Assembly: GCA_964539765.1 (NCBI GenBank)
Contig: CAZIJZ010000003.1
Span: 12,734-76,733 of the forward strand
Direction: 5' to 3'
Source of the DNA: an uncultured Smithella sp.
Lineage (GTDB): Bacteria; Desulfobacterota; Syntrophia; Syntrophales; Smithellaceae
Length of the DNA stretch: 64,000 nucleotides
The translations under genes and the position numbers were made by a program. Below, piece after piece: positions 55,660-64,000 of this stretch (positions within the stretch are counted from its first letter, which is position 1; the number at the start of each line of letters is the position of its first letter). The notes beneath the pieces were generated by a model. That model ran no database searches, was not told the origin of the DNA, and saw only the letters and a program-made list of their open reading frames with translations.

Positions 55660-55773
55660 GGCGATTACAAGATGAATTTCACCCTCCCTCAGTCCCTCTA
55701 CCCTCAATACTCTGAATACCCTGAAGAGCACCATGGGGTCATCTACCACGAGAAATGACATATGGGCCTGAAT

Positions 55774-57564
55774 TTACATCGTACGCTCGGACAAAATCTC
55801 CCAGCGGTGGTAATATTTGTCGAGGGCTTCTTTGTCTGAGGCGATTTCCTGAGTTAATTTGTGGAGTAAAACAAAGTCGCTGAAGTTTTTAGGATCGCTA
55901 AGCTGAGCTTCGAGTGATTTAATTTTATCGTCTAGAATTTCAATTTGTTTTTCTACGTTTTCCAGTTCCATCTTCTCTTTGTAGCTCAGTTTTGTTTTTT
56001 CTTTTTTAGGTTTTGTATTTTTATTTGTTCTGGGGGTTTTGCCGGCATTTTCTTTTTGGATTGTTTTTAAACTTTCTTCCCATTGTTCGTAGTCGGCAAA
56101 GAGTTCCGCTTTGCCGTCGGTTGTGAAGCCGATAAATAAACCGCACACTCTGGATATCATGTAGCGGTCATGTGAAACGATCACCAGCAGGCCGCCGAAT
56201 TCCAGAAGGTTTTCTTCAAGCGCTTCGATGGTTCTGATGTCCAGATCGTTGGTCGGTTCGTCTAAAAGCAAGATATCCGCGGGTTGCAGCATCAGCCGGG
56301 CAATGAGTATTCGGGCCTGTTCTCCGCCGGACAGCGCTGTAATGGGTGCGTCGATTTGCTCCGGTGAAAACCCGAACCGTTTTATCCACGAAACCAGATG
56401 CACGGATCTGTCTTTAAATATGACCGTGTCATTGCCGTCCGCCAAATATTGCTTGACGGTTTTTTGCCGGTGCAGGGATTCTCTTAACTGATCGAAATAA
56501 ACTATTTTTAAGTTGTCGGCATGCTCCACGCTGCCCGAATCGGGTTCTATATTTTTGCTGAGCAGTTTCAGCAGGGTGGTCTTCCCGACGCCGTTTCCCC
56601 CGAGTAATCCGATACGCAGGCCTGTGGTAAGGTTGGCGGTAAAGTTTTTCAAAATATGTTTATCGCCGAATGATTTGCTGATGTTTTTGATTTTAACCAG
56701 CACTTTGGTTTTTCTGCTGGAAGCGCTGAATTCGATTTCGGTCCGCGATGTTTGCTTCCTCTCTTTTAAATCCGCCAGTTCTTTTATTAAATTATGGGCT
56801 TCGTCGATCCTGTATTTCGCTTTTGTCCTGCGGGCTTTGGGACCTCTTCTTAACCACTCGATTTCCGCCCGGACTTTGTTGGACATCACGGCTTCGAGTT
56901 TATTTTGCTGTTCGATGAAGAGCAGGTGTTTTTCCAAAAAATCGTCATATCTGCCGTCGGATTGAAAAATATTGCTTTCGTACCGTTTGTTGATTTCCAC
57001 AATTCTGTTGGCGCAGCGCTCCAGTAAAAACCTGTCGTGGCTGACCATGACCCACGTAAACCTCGCGGAACCTAAAAAGTTTTCCAGCCAGGCCAGCGCC
57101 TGATAGTCCAGATGATTGGTCGGCTCGTCCAAAATTAACAGGTCCGGTTCGTTAACGATCCCGCAGGCAATGTCGAGGCGTTTCGACCAGCCGCCGGAAA
57201 GTGTGTTAACTTTGACGGTATAATCGTCAAAGCCGACAATGCTTAAAGCGGTGGCTGTTTTTACGTCGGCATTTTTAAAATCGGTGGTTGCTGTTTTGGC
57301 TACAATATCCCACACCGAGGCATGGGCCTCGTAGTTGCTGACTTGAGGGATGTAGGCGGTTTTTAAGTTTTTTCTGATGGCGATATTGCCGGAATCGGCG
57401 CCCTCCAGATTCACCATTATTTTGGTTAACGTGGTTTTGCCCGTTCCGTTATCGCCGATGATTCCAATCCGGTCGCCTTCGTTAACCGTCAGGGAAAGAT
57501 CGGTGAAAAGAGCTTTGGTTCCGAATGATTTGCTGATTTTGTCCAGGTTCAATAATACGGCCAT
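55774..57564 (-). CDS. ABC-F family ATPase (Uup/YheS-like)
   Basis: 596 aa with two ABC cassettes (GDNGTGKTT and GGNGVGKTT) and two LSGG signatures. It has no TM domain and a C-terminal coiled coil. Confidence 0.9.
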   Translation of the reverse strand: MAVLLNLDKISKSFGTKALFTDLSLTVNEGDRIGIIGDNGTGKTTLTKIMVNLEGADSGNIAIRKNLKTAYIPQVSNYEAHASVWDIVAKTATTDFKNADVKTATALSIVGFDDYTVKVNTLSGGWSKRLDIACGIVNEPDLLILDEPTNHLDYQALAWLENFLGSARFTWVMVSHDRFLLERCANRIVEINKRYESNIFQSDGRYDDFLEKHLLFIEQQNKLEAVMSNKVRAEIEWLRRGPKARRTKAKYRIDEAHNLIKELADLKERKQTSRTEIEFSASSRKTKVLVKIKNISKSFGDKHILKNFTANLTTGLRIGLLGGNGVGKTTLLKLLSKNIEPDSGSVEHADNLKIVYFDQLRESLHRQKTVKQYLADGNDTVIFKDRSVHLVSWIKRFGFSPEQIDAPITALSGGEQARILIARLMLQPADILLLDEPTNDLDIRTIEALEENLLEFGGLLVIVSHDRYMISRVCGLFIGFTTDGKAELFADYEQWEESLKTIQKENAGKTPRTNKNTKPKKEKTKLSYKEKMELENVEKQIEILDDKIKSLEAQLSDPKNFSDFVLLHKLTQEIASDKEALDKYYHRWEILSERTM

Positions 57565-57668
57565 GCGCGGGACTATATATAAAAAACTTTTTTAGCTCCA
57601 GAAAAAAGAAGTTCAATGTGCTATGTTGTATATAAAAGGGAACTAAAAAAAAGAATAAAGGAGTCGAT

Positions 57669-57866
57669 ATGAATAAAAGTATCTTTAAAATTATTGGAAT
57701 GCTTCTGCTTTTCGCAATGTCAATCTTATGTCAGTCGTGCACCGATGCTAAATGCATGATCGATAAGCAGGTCTGTAATTTTGATTGTCCGTCAACCGTC
57801 GGCGTGAAGCAGGCTTGTGAACAAAAATGTAATCTTTTATACGATATTTGCAGACAGAAAGAGTGA
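57669..57866 (+). CDS. small secreted cysteine-rich protein
   Basis: 65 aa with a signal peptide (IIGMLLLFAMSILC). The mature part of about 45 aa has 8 Cys in CxxC, CxxxC and CxxxxxC spacings. The RBS aaaggag lies upstream. Confidence 0.6.
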   Translation: MNKSIFKIIGMLLLFAMSILCQSCTDAKCMIDKQVCNFDCPSTVGVKQACEQKCNLLYDICRQKE

Positions 57867-57954
57867 TTACCGGTCTGACCTTGCTTCCGAAAACTGATCC
57901 GTTTTCCGATAGAGTTGTTACTGCTCACACAAGAAAAAAGAGGAACAGCAGTAA

Positions 57955-59241
57955 TCAGGTGAAGGGAAACCTGCTTGTCAACTGAGCAAATATCCGGCCG
58001 GTTTTTTCTTTGAACATAATAAAACTTGTCGGGATGGTTGAATTAATGTGTACAAAACTTCCCATTTCCGAACCAATCCCCAGGGATTCAAGGTCACTCA
58101 AGTGAGTCAGGTTGCTGGAAACAATATCTGTATCGATATTAAAAGAAGGATAATTTTCCAGGATGTCAGCTTGAAACTCTATGCCGTACGGGGATAAATA
58201 TGCCATTTCTTTAACGTACTTTTCATCTCTCGTGCGGGTGACTGATTCTTTCAGACGATATGCGATCTCAAATATTGACATTTTATTTAATTCGTCTTTT
58301 GAAAATGCCGTAAAACTATCGAGTACCGCGTTGCCGATATATAATGAATCAATATCAGGATGAATTTCTCTGAAATCTACAGGAATTTTTAATCGGATCC
58401 TGTCCGTGTCAGGCAGCATTAAATGATGATATTTTTTCAGTAAAAATGCAGTCATGATTTGATTGTTGGAAATTATATATCGCTCGCTTTCTGATTTAGC
58501 TTTATTTTTGATTTCCCGGAGAAGCTCATCTGAAAAGTATTCCCGTTTAAAGTATCTTCTGATGTTGAGGGATCCGGCCCGGTTTTGAATTTTATCGCTT
58601 AACGCGGTTAACGGAGGGATAAACGCCTTGTCAATTTTATCAGAATGAACAGGTTCACCCTTGAATAATCTTTGGGCTGACGGAGGGAGGAAGCTCTTGC
58701 CTTCCAGGATACATCCCCAGGCATACAGGAAAAGCATCAATGAAATGCCATCGGCGATGGTATGAGAACAGCTGAATCCGCCAAATATTCCGTCTTTGAC
58801 CGGGATGCCGGTAACCGCCAGCAGAGGTTCGCCCGGCAATGTGACGACATGCGCCATCATTTTCTTTATGTCATCAATTTTAATTTCATCAAAAGCGGCG
58901 TCAACGGGCGGTAAAATGTTGAACTTAACGCCATCCGTGCAATATTGCAGGGCGAATTTATTATTATCGATCATAATCAGGCGACTTGAAAAAAGATTGT
59001 AATGCTCGATGGTTTTAAAAAGGCTTGCTTCGAATTTTGACGGAGGATGCTGTTTCTTGTAAAACAGCAAAATCTCCACGGGTCCCCCGCCTGGAAAGCG
59101 GTCATTATCAACCGCTGAAAGCGGCAGAATATTTTTGCCGTAATTATTCTCCAGATAGACGATATGTGCCTGATGATTGTTTTGATTCAACGCCGTCATG
59201 ATATTTCCGATATTCCGATAAGAATTTATTGTGAGACTCAA
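57955..59241 (-). CDS. condensation/CAT-fold acyltransferase (HxxxD)
   Basis: 428 aa with the active-site motif SCSHTIADGIS. The TTG start is at 59241, and an alternative ATG at 59199 gives MTALNQ. Confidence 0.7.
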   Translation of the reverse strand: MSLTINSYRNIGNIMTALNQNNHQAHIVYLENNYGKNILPLSAVDNDRFPGGGPVEILLFYKKQHPPSKFEASLFKTIEHYNLFSSRLIMIDNNKFALQYCTDGVKFNILPPVDAAFDEIKIDDIKKMMAHVVTLPGEPLLAVTGIPVKDGIFGGFSCSHTIADGISLMLFLYAWGCILEGKSFLPPSAQRLFKGEPVHSDKIDKAFIPPLTALSDKIQNRAGSLNIRRYFKREYFSDELLREIKNKAKSESERYIISNNQIMTAFLLKKYHHLMLPDTDRIRLKIPVDFREIHPDIDSLYIGNAVLDSFTAFSKDELNKMSIFEIAYRLKESVTRTRDEKYVKEMAYLSPYGIEFQADILENYPSFNIDTDIVSSNLTHLSDLESLGIGSEMGSFVHINSTIPTSFIMFKEKTGRIFAQLTSRFPFT

Positions 59242-59543
59242 ATTTCAAAAACGAAGTGTGTTGAAATTTGTAAGTCGAACAATCCTGCCTATGCATGGAT
59301 ATAATACCCCGCAACTTACTGCGGAATTAGGGTCCAGTGCTTTCCCTGGGGTTCATACCCGTGATTTTGTCCTTTTTAAAGGATAGGTAGAACTTTGCTG
59401 TCTGTCAATCACATTCTGAGACGTGAAATAAAAAATGGCAGAATTCTAAGTTATCATGTGGTAAAAGTGTCCGGGACAGGTTTCTGTCAATTGCGCGGTA
59501 TCACGCAAAGGTGTTAGAAATAAGCGGTGTCCAGGGGAGTGTT

Positions 59544-60545
59544 ATGAAGGTTCTCGTTACCGGCGGCGGGGGATTTCTGGGCGGGTATGTTGTCCGCCAA
59601 TTGCTGGAACGCGGCGACAAGGTGCGAAGTTTTTCCCGCGGGTTTTATGACGGGTTGCTAAAACTGGGCGTGGAACAGAAGCAGGGACGTCTTGATGATG
59701 TGAACGCCGTTTTTGACGCTGTCGCGGGCTGTGATGCCGTCGTGCATGTCGGGGGCAAGAACGGGGCGTGGGGTCCCTATGAGGAATATTACAGCGCTAA
59801 TGTGGCGGGCACCGGGAATGTGATCAACGCGTGTATAAAACACGGGGTCAACCGGCTCGTTTACACATCATCGCCCAGCGCGGTCTTTCAACGATGTGAC
59901 ATGGAGGGCGTTGACGAATCGATTCCTTATCCGGATCATTCCACGCATTATGCCAGGACAAAGACCATGGCCGAGCAACTGATGATTGCGGCAAATGGAG
60001 ATCGTTTGGCCACGGTTTCTCTCCGGCCGCGCTTGATTTGGGGGCCGGGTGATAATCATTTCGCCCCGCTCCTCGTTTCCAGGGCCAAAGCGGGGAAACT
60101 TCTGCTGATTGGAAACGGCAAAAATCTTGTTGATACCGTGTGGGTTGAAAACGCGGCTCGGGCGCATCTTCTTGCTCTCGACAGGCTTAAGCCCGGCGCC
60201 CGGATTGCCGGCAAGGTTTATTTCATCACGAACGGCGATCCAAGACCGATCGAATTTATCATCAATATGATCATGGACGTCTATGGACTTCCGCCGGTAA
60301 AACGGCATGTGCCGAGGTGGCTCGCTTATGCGGGTGGATGGTTTTTTGAGAAGGCTCATGATACATTGCATCTGAGGAGTGAACCTCTTGTGACGCCATT
60401 TGTGGTTGATGAGTTGACCAAGTCTCAGTGGTTCAACATATCGGGGGCAAGAAAGGATCTGGGATATAATCCTGAAATTACTATTGAGGATGGAGCAAGA
60501 CGTCTCAAGGATTATATTGCAGGGGAAAGAGAACGATTCTATTGA
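59544..60545 (+). CDS. NAD-dependent epimerase / 3-beta-hydroxysteroid dehydrogenase family SDR
   Basis: Motifs VTGGGGFLG and the catalytic YARTK. The ATG at 59544 (MKVLVTGG) follows caggggag. Confidence 0.85.
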   Translation: MKVLVTGGGGFLGGYVVRQLLERGDKVRSFSRGFYDGLLKLGVEQKQGRLDDVNAVFDAVAGCDAVVHVGGKNGAWGPYEEYYSANVAGTGNVINACIKHGVNRLVYTSSPSAVFQRCDMEGVDESIPYPDHSTHYARTKTMAEQLMIAANGDRLATVSLRPRLIWGPGDNHFAPLLVSRAKAGKLLLIGNGKNLVDTVWVENAARAHLLALDRLKPGARIAGKVYFITNGDPRPIEFIINMIMDVYGLPPVKRHVPRWLAYAGGWFFEKAHDTLHLRSEPLVTPFVVDELTKSQWFNISGARKDLGYNPEITIEDGARRLKDYIAGERERFY

Positions 60546-60571
60546 GTTTAATATTTCTATGAAAACAACAG

Positions 60572-60763
60572 GTGATAATAATGAACGAAGAAATTGATGA
60601 TGAAATTTTAGATTCGGAACTGGCGGATGACGCTCTGGATAAGAAGATGAAAAAGCTGGAGAGTGAAGCCGCACGATTATTGGATCACTCTACGGAGCTG
60701 ATAAAGGCAATGAGTCAGAGGAAAGAAAAGCAGGAAGAAGAAAAGCCGGTGGATAGTGAATAG
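60572..60763 (+). CDS. small acidic hypothetical protein
   Basis: 63 aa and D/E-rich. The stop codon and last codons lie inside a heptamer repeat block. Coding status is uncertain. Confidence 0.35.
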   Translation: MIIMNEEIDDEILDSELADDALDKKMKKLESEAARLLDHSTELIKAMSQRKEKQEEEKPVDSE

Positions 60764-60800
60764 AAAAAACTGTTCTATGTTCAACGTTCAACGTTGTAGA
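60748..60800 (+). repeat. heptamer repeat block (GGTGGAT AGTGAAT AGAAAAA .. TTCTATG TTCAACG TTCAACG TTGTAGA)
   Basis: It has the same gtgaatagaaaaa + TTCNAYG architecture as 7800-7830 and 54951-54995. Confidence 0.85.
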
Positions 60801-60808
60801 ATAATTGT

Positions 60809-61057
60809 ATGACAATTAATATAATTCCCGTCAACAAACTCAGTGCGCAGGCTTTAAACGGGGTGATTGAAGAATTCATCACCAGAAGCGCTACGGATTA
60901 CGGTGCGGTTGAGGCTTCACTGGAAATAAAGGTTAATCAGGTAAAAAACAAACTTAAAGATGGTTCCGCGGTATTGGTTTATGATGATGAGACGGAAACA
61001 ACCAATATTTTTTCAGCGGAGGATCCGATATTAAAAATGGTACCTGGTGAAAAGTAA
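60809..61057 (+). CDS. YheU-family (UPF0270) protein
   Basis: 82 aa, collinear with E. coli YheU: L..VIEEFITRSATDYG, KVNQVKNKLKDGSAVLVYD and TTNI. Confidence 0.8.
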   Translation: MTINIIPVNKLSAQALNGVIEEFITRSATDYGAVEASLEIKVNQVKNKLKDGSAVLVYDDETETTNIFSAEDPILKMVPGEK

Positions 61058-61523
61058 AACGAAAAAAACAAGCGCGGGAATCCTTTTGTATCGCCTGTCG
61101 GATGACGGGCTGGAAGTTTTTCTTGTTCATCCCGGCGGGCCTTTTTGGGCGAAGAAGGATGAAGGCGCGTGGTCGGTGCCCAAAGGTTTGTTCGAAGATG
61201 ACGAGAATCCACTGGAAGCGGCCAGGCGCGAATTTCGCGAAGAAACAGGTTTGGATATCACCGGTGATTTTATGGAATTGACCCCGCTGAAGCAACCCAG
61301 CGGGAAAGTGGTTTATGTCTGGGCGGTTGAGGGCAATATTGACGCGGCGGCGATCAAGAGCAATATGTTTCCGATGGAATGGCCGCCGAAATCGGGCAAA
61401 CAACAGGAATTTCCGGAAGTGGACAGAGGCGGCTGGTTTACGATGGCGCAGGCGCGGGAAAAGTTGCTTCCGGGTCAACGCGGCTTTCTGGATGAACTGC
61501 AAAGGACGCTGGTGGTTGGTTGA
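61047..61523 (+). CDS. NUDIX hydrolase
   Basis: 158 aa with the Nudix box GLFEDDENPLEAARREFREETGL. Confidence 0.9.
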   Translation: MKSKTKKTSAGILLYRLSDDGLEVFLVHPGGPFWAKKDEGAWSVPKGLFEDDENPLEAARREFREETGLDITGDFMELTPLKQPSGKVVYVWAVEGNIDAAAIKSNMFPMEWPPKSGKQQEFPEVDRGGWFTMAQAREKLLPGQRGFLDELQRTLVVG

Positions 61524-61562
61524 TAGTTGATAGTTCATAGTTCATGGTTGATGGTTGATGGT
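61514..61562 (+). repeat. heptanucleotide tandem array (TSATRGT x7)
   Basis: ggttggt tgatagt tgatagt tcatagt tcatggt tgatggt tgatggt. The NUDIX stop codon (61521-61523) lies inside it. Confidence 0.9.
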
Positions 61563-61663
61563 GTCCGGTATAAAGAAAATTTTATGATTGCGGGCCGGCG
61601 CATCAGGATCAAGTCAAAGGGGAAGTAGATTCACGCCGCAGTTGCTTTCAGAAAGGAGATCTT

Positions 61664-62554
61664 GTGATGAGAAAATCATTATTTTTTATTTTAATCAGCA
61701 GTTTCATGGTTTTGTGTTTTAACTCTGGAAAAGCGCAGGCTGATTGGCCGCGCATTGTTCCTTCCCAGGACGGCACGCCGGTTTCGTATGAGGTTTACGG
61801 CACGGGGGAGCCGACACTGGTGTTTGTTCACGGCTGGTGCGGCGATTCCCGTTACTGGCGCAATCAGGTTCCGTATTTTTCCCCCAAGTATCGTGTGGTG
61901 ATGGTTGATCTTGCCGGTCACGGCCATTCAGGCATGGCGCGTAAAACGTATTCGATGGCGTCTTTCGGCGAGGATGTGCGGGCGGTGACGGAGGCGGCCG
62001 GCGGCAGCAAGGTTATTCTGATCGGTCATTCCATGGGCGGTTCGGTGATCGCGGAAGCTGCCCGGCTGATGCCACAGCGTGTGATCGGTTTAATCGGCAT
62101 CGATACGCTGGAGAATATTGAATATCCGCTGACGAAAGAAGACTTCAAAAAGATGGTTGATCCTCTGGAAAAGGATTTTCCCGCCGGCAGCCGGCAATTT
62201 GTGGGTGAGATGATTCATCCCGACGGCGATGCGCAACTGCGCGAGTGGATTCTGGCGGATGTGTCGTCAGCGCCGCCGGCGGTTGCCCTAAGCGCGATGC
62301 ATGAAATGATGTCGCAGTACATCACGGGCGAAGCGGCGAAGATATTCGAACAAATCCGTGTTCCCGTTGTTACTGTGAACGGCGATTTGTGGCCCATCAA
62401 TTATGAGGGAAACCGGCGGCACATGTTTTCTTATGATGCCGTTGTGCTGAAAAAAGCAGACCACTTCCTGATGATGAATCGTCCGGGAGATTTTAACCCC
62501 GCTCTGGAGAAGGCCATCCGGATGATTTTAGAAAAGCAGGCAAAGATCAAATAG
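61664..62554 (+). CDS. secreted alpha/beta hydrolase
   Basis: 296 aa with a signal peptide. It has the HGW oxyanion motif and the nucleophile elbow GHSMGG. Confidence 0.85.
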   Translation: MMRKSLFFILISSFMVLCFNSGKAQADWPRIVPSQDGTPVSYEVYGTGEPTLVFVHGWCGDSRYWRNQVPYFSPKYRVVMVDLAGHGHSGMARKTYSMASFGEDVRAVTEAAGGSKVILIGHSMGGSVIAEAARLMPQRVIGLIGIDTLENIEYPLTKEDFKKMVDPLEKDFPAGSRQFVGEMIHPDGDAQLREWILADVSSAPPAVALSAMHEMMSQYITGEAAKIFEQIRVPVVTVNGDLWPINYEGNRRHMFSYDAVVLKKADHFLMMNRPGDFNPALEKAIRMILEKQAKIK

Positions 62555-62890
62555 TTTAATTTTTAAAGACGGATCGGCAAAAGCAAAAAGGAGACGTGCA
62601 TTGAAAAAATTACTTTTACTCATGGGCGTCGGGATGGTTGCTTCTGTTTTTGTATTCAGTTCCTTGACGCTTGCCGCCGGGCCGACGTGACGCTCATGGA
62701 TTAAAATAGATGATATATCAATACTTTACACGCGTCACGGTTTCGTTCCGGATCGTTGAAAAACAGCTCAAAGGATCTGAAAAAAATCGCTTGAACATAC
62801 GGTAGAAAGCCGATATAGGTCTATCAGCTTTGTTCTAATGAAATTCGATTATTCAGTGGTACTCAGGATAACAAATCTAAATATATCTTC

Positions 62891-63757
62891 ATGGAGTTTG
62901 AAAACATGGTTGGCACATTGCGCAAATCTTTAGAGACAATTGAGGATTATAAAACGGCAAATCCTCATTATACCGAGCTTCTGGATATCATGGCTGATAT
63001 CCTGATTCTGCGGGAAGAATATATGAAAAATATGACGGATTCCATTTTCAGCGTGGATGAGAAATTAATTGCTCAGAAAATGCTGGGCGGCCTTCCTTTA
63101 ATTGATCTGACGGGGAAAGAATTCGATCTGAAACGTCCCCGGGAATATTTTGATTCTCTGGTTGCCGCGGCGGGAAAAAGAATGCCCGAACTGGCGCAAA
63201 GCATTCAGGAGATCGTGAATGATCCGGAGTTCGACTGGGAGCAGGATATTCTCGCGTCGTTCGATCGTAAAGCCGAAGAACCGGAACCCAGGGAATCCAA
63301 AGAGGAACGCGAAACCGAAAGCCACATCGACCTGGTTGAGCTTTTTCTGGAAGAAAGCCTGCGGCCGGAGCTGGAAGTCATTGCCAAAAAGTACGAGGAA
63401 GTCGTCGGCAAATCGGAATGGTCCGAAGGATACTGCCCCATTTGCGGCAAAGAGCCGAAGATCGGTGAAATCAGAAAAGATGAAGAGGGCAAACGATATT
63501 TGTTCTGCCATCAGTGCGGTTGCAAGTGGTACTTTTATCGCATCAAATGTCCTTTCTGCGGCAACGACGAACAGCATTCCCTGGCGTATTTTGAAGTGGA
63601 AGGTGAAGAGCGTTACCGGGTGGATGTCTGCAATAAATGCTGGCGTTATATTAAAACAATAGAATTGCCCAAATCAAGCGAAGAACCGAATATGGATGTT
63701 GAGGATATCGCGACGCTGCACCTGGATATGATTGCTTTTGAAGAAGGTTATAACTAG
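62891..63757 (+). CDS. fdhE: formate dehydrogenase accessory protein FdhE
   Basis: 288 aa with four CxxC pairs in FdhE spacing: CPICG, CHQCG, CPFCG and CNKCWRYIK. Confidence 0.8.
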   Translation: MEFENMVGTLRKSLETIEDYKTANPHYTELLDIMADILILREEYMKNMTDSIFSVDEKLIAQKMLGGLPLIDLTGKEFDLKRPREYFDSLVAAAGKRMPELAQSIQEIVNDPEFDWEQDILASFDRKAEEPEPRESKEERETESHIDLVELFLEESLRPELEVIAKKYEEVVGKSEWSEGYCPICGKEPKIGEIRKDEEGKRYLFCHQCGCKWYFYRIKCPFCGNDEQHSLAYFEVEGEERYRVDVCNKCWRYIKTIELPKSSEEPNMDVEDIATLHLDMIAFEEGYN

Positions 63758-63786
63758 TGGGGAAGCTTCCGCTATGGGGAAGTTTG

Positions 63787-63826
63787 AAAATCCCGCCTCT
63801 CCTTTTCCGGTGAGAGGCGGGATTTT
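63787..63826. terminator. bidirectional rho-independent terminator
   Basis: aaaatcccgcctctc-cttttccggt-gagaggcgggatttt, between convergent fdhE and hsp20. Confidence 0.85.
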
Positions 63827-63830
63827 TGTT

Positions 63831-64000
63831 TTAGGCGCTTTTTATGGAAACTTTTGTTCCCCTGGCTTTGGCGCTCTGGCTCTTGGGAATCTTGATATCC
63901 AGGATTCCATTCTTGAAACGCGCTTCCGCTTTGCCGGATTCAATCTCCGCTTCCAGCGGAATCACTCTGCAAAATGAACCGTAAGATCTTTCCATGTAAT
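63831..64000 (-). CDS. Hsp20/alpha-crystallin family chaperone, C-terminal fragment (5-prime end outside window)
   Basis: My own translation of the reverse strand gives YMERSYGSFCRVIPLEAEIESGKAEARFKNGILDIKIPKSQ..., with the stop at 63831-63833. This is the classic ACD C-terminal pattern. The ORF is too short to appear in the track. Confidence 0.8.
   Translation of the reverse strand, partial: YMERSYGSFCRVIPLEAEIESGKAEARFKNGILDIKIPKSQSAKARGTKVSIKSA

Overview
This is a 64 kb chromosomal window with two compositional classes, judged by eye rather than computed. The core has moderate GC and is dominated by anaerobic Mo/W-pterin metabolism. Several AT-rich accessory patches interrupt it.

Core genes:
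- An AorABC-type tungsten aldehyde:ferredoxin oxidoreductase operon (8.7-15.2 kb, minus strand). It carries its own MoaD/ThiF pair, a TiaS-N-like protein and a clear homologue of the Azotobacter molybdenum storage protein.
- Two selenocysteine formate dehydrogenases: cytoplasmic FdhA at 19.1-21.8 kb and Tat-exported FdnGHI at 29.1-33.7 kb. The ORF track splits each at an in-frame TGA that is followed by a SECIS-like hairpin.
- modABC, an FmdE-like protein, a DUF364-like protein and a further molybdopterin oxidoreductase (22-28.6 kb).
- An ECF sigma factor, an RCK potassium channel and a permease.
- A GntR-controlled acyl-CoA operon (39.9-47.1 kb) with a catalytic plus non-catalytic acyl-CoA dehydrogenase pair.
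- fdhE and hsp20 at the right edge.

Accessory content:
- An AT-rich island of about 6 kb (1.7-7.9 kb). It holds Dcm, Vsr, a GHKL/MORC-like ATPase and a translationally coupled 315-aa protein of unknown fold. This is my best candidate for an uncharacterised restriction/defence module.
- A dynamin-like GTPase paired with a degenerate P-loop ATPase (16.3-18.7 kb).
- A patch at 50.4-55.7 kb with a RelE-like/RHH toxin-antitoxin pair, an HNH nuclease, an ImmA/XRE pair and a Fic pseudogene.

Intergenic spacers carry an unusual dispersed repeat family, made of heptanucleotide tandem arrays plus a modular REP-like element with a GGCAC-GAA-GTGCC hairpin.

I found no rRNA, tRNA, CRISPR array, transposase or integrase. 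The gene content suggests a deltaproteobacterial (Desulfobacterales-like) anaerobe, but that is inference only.
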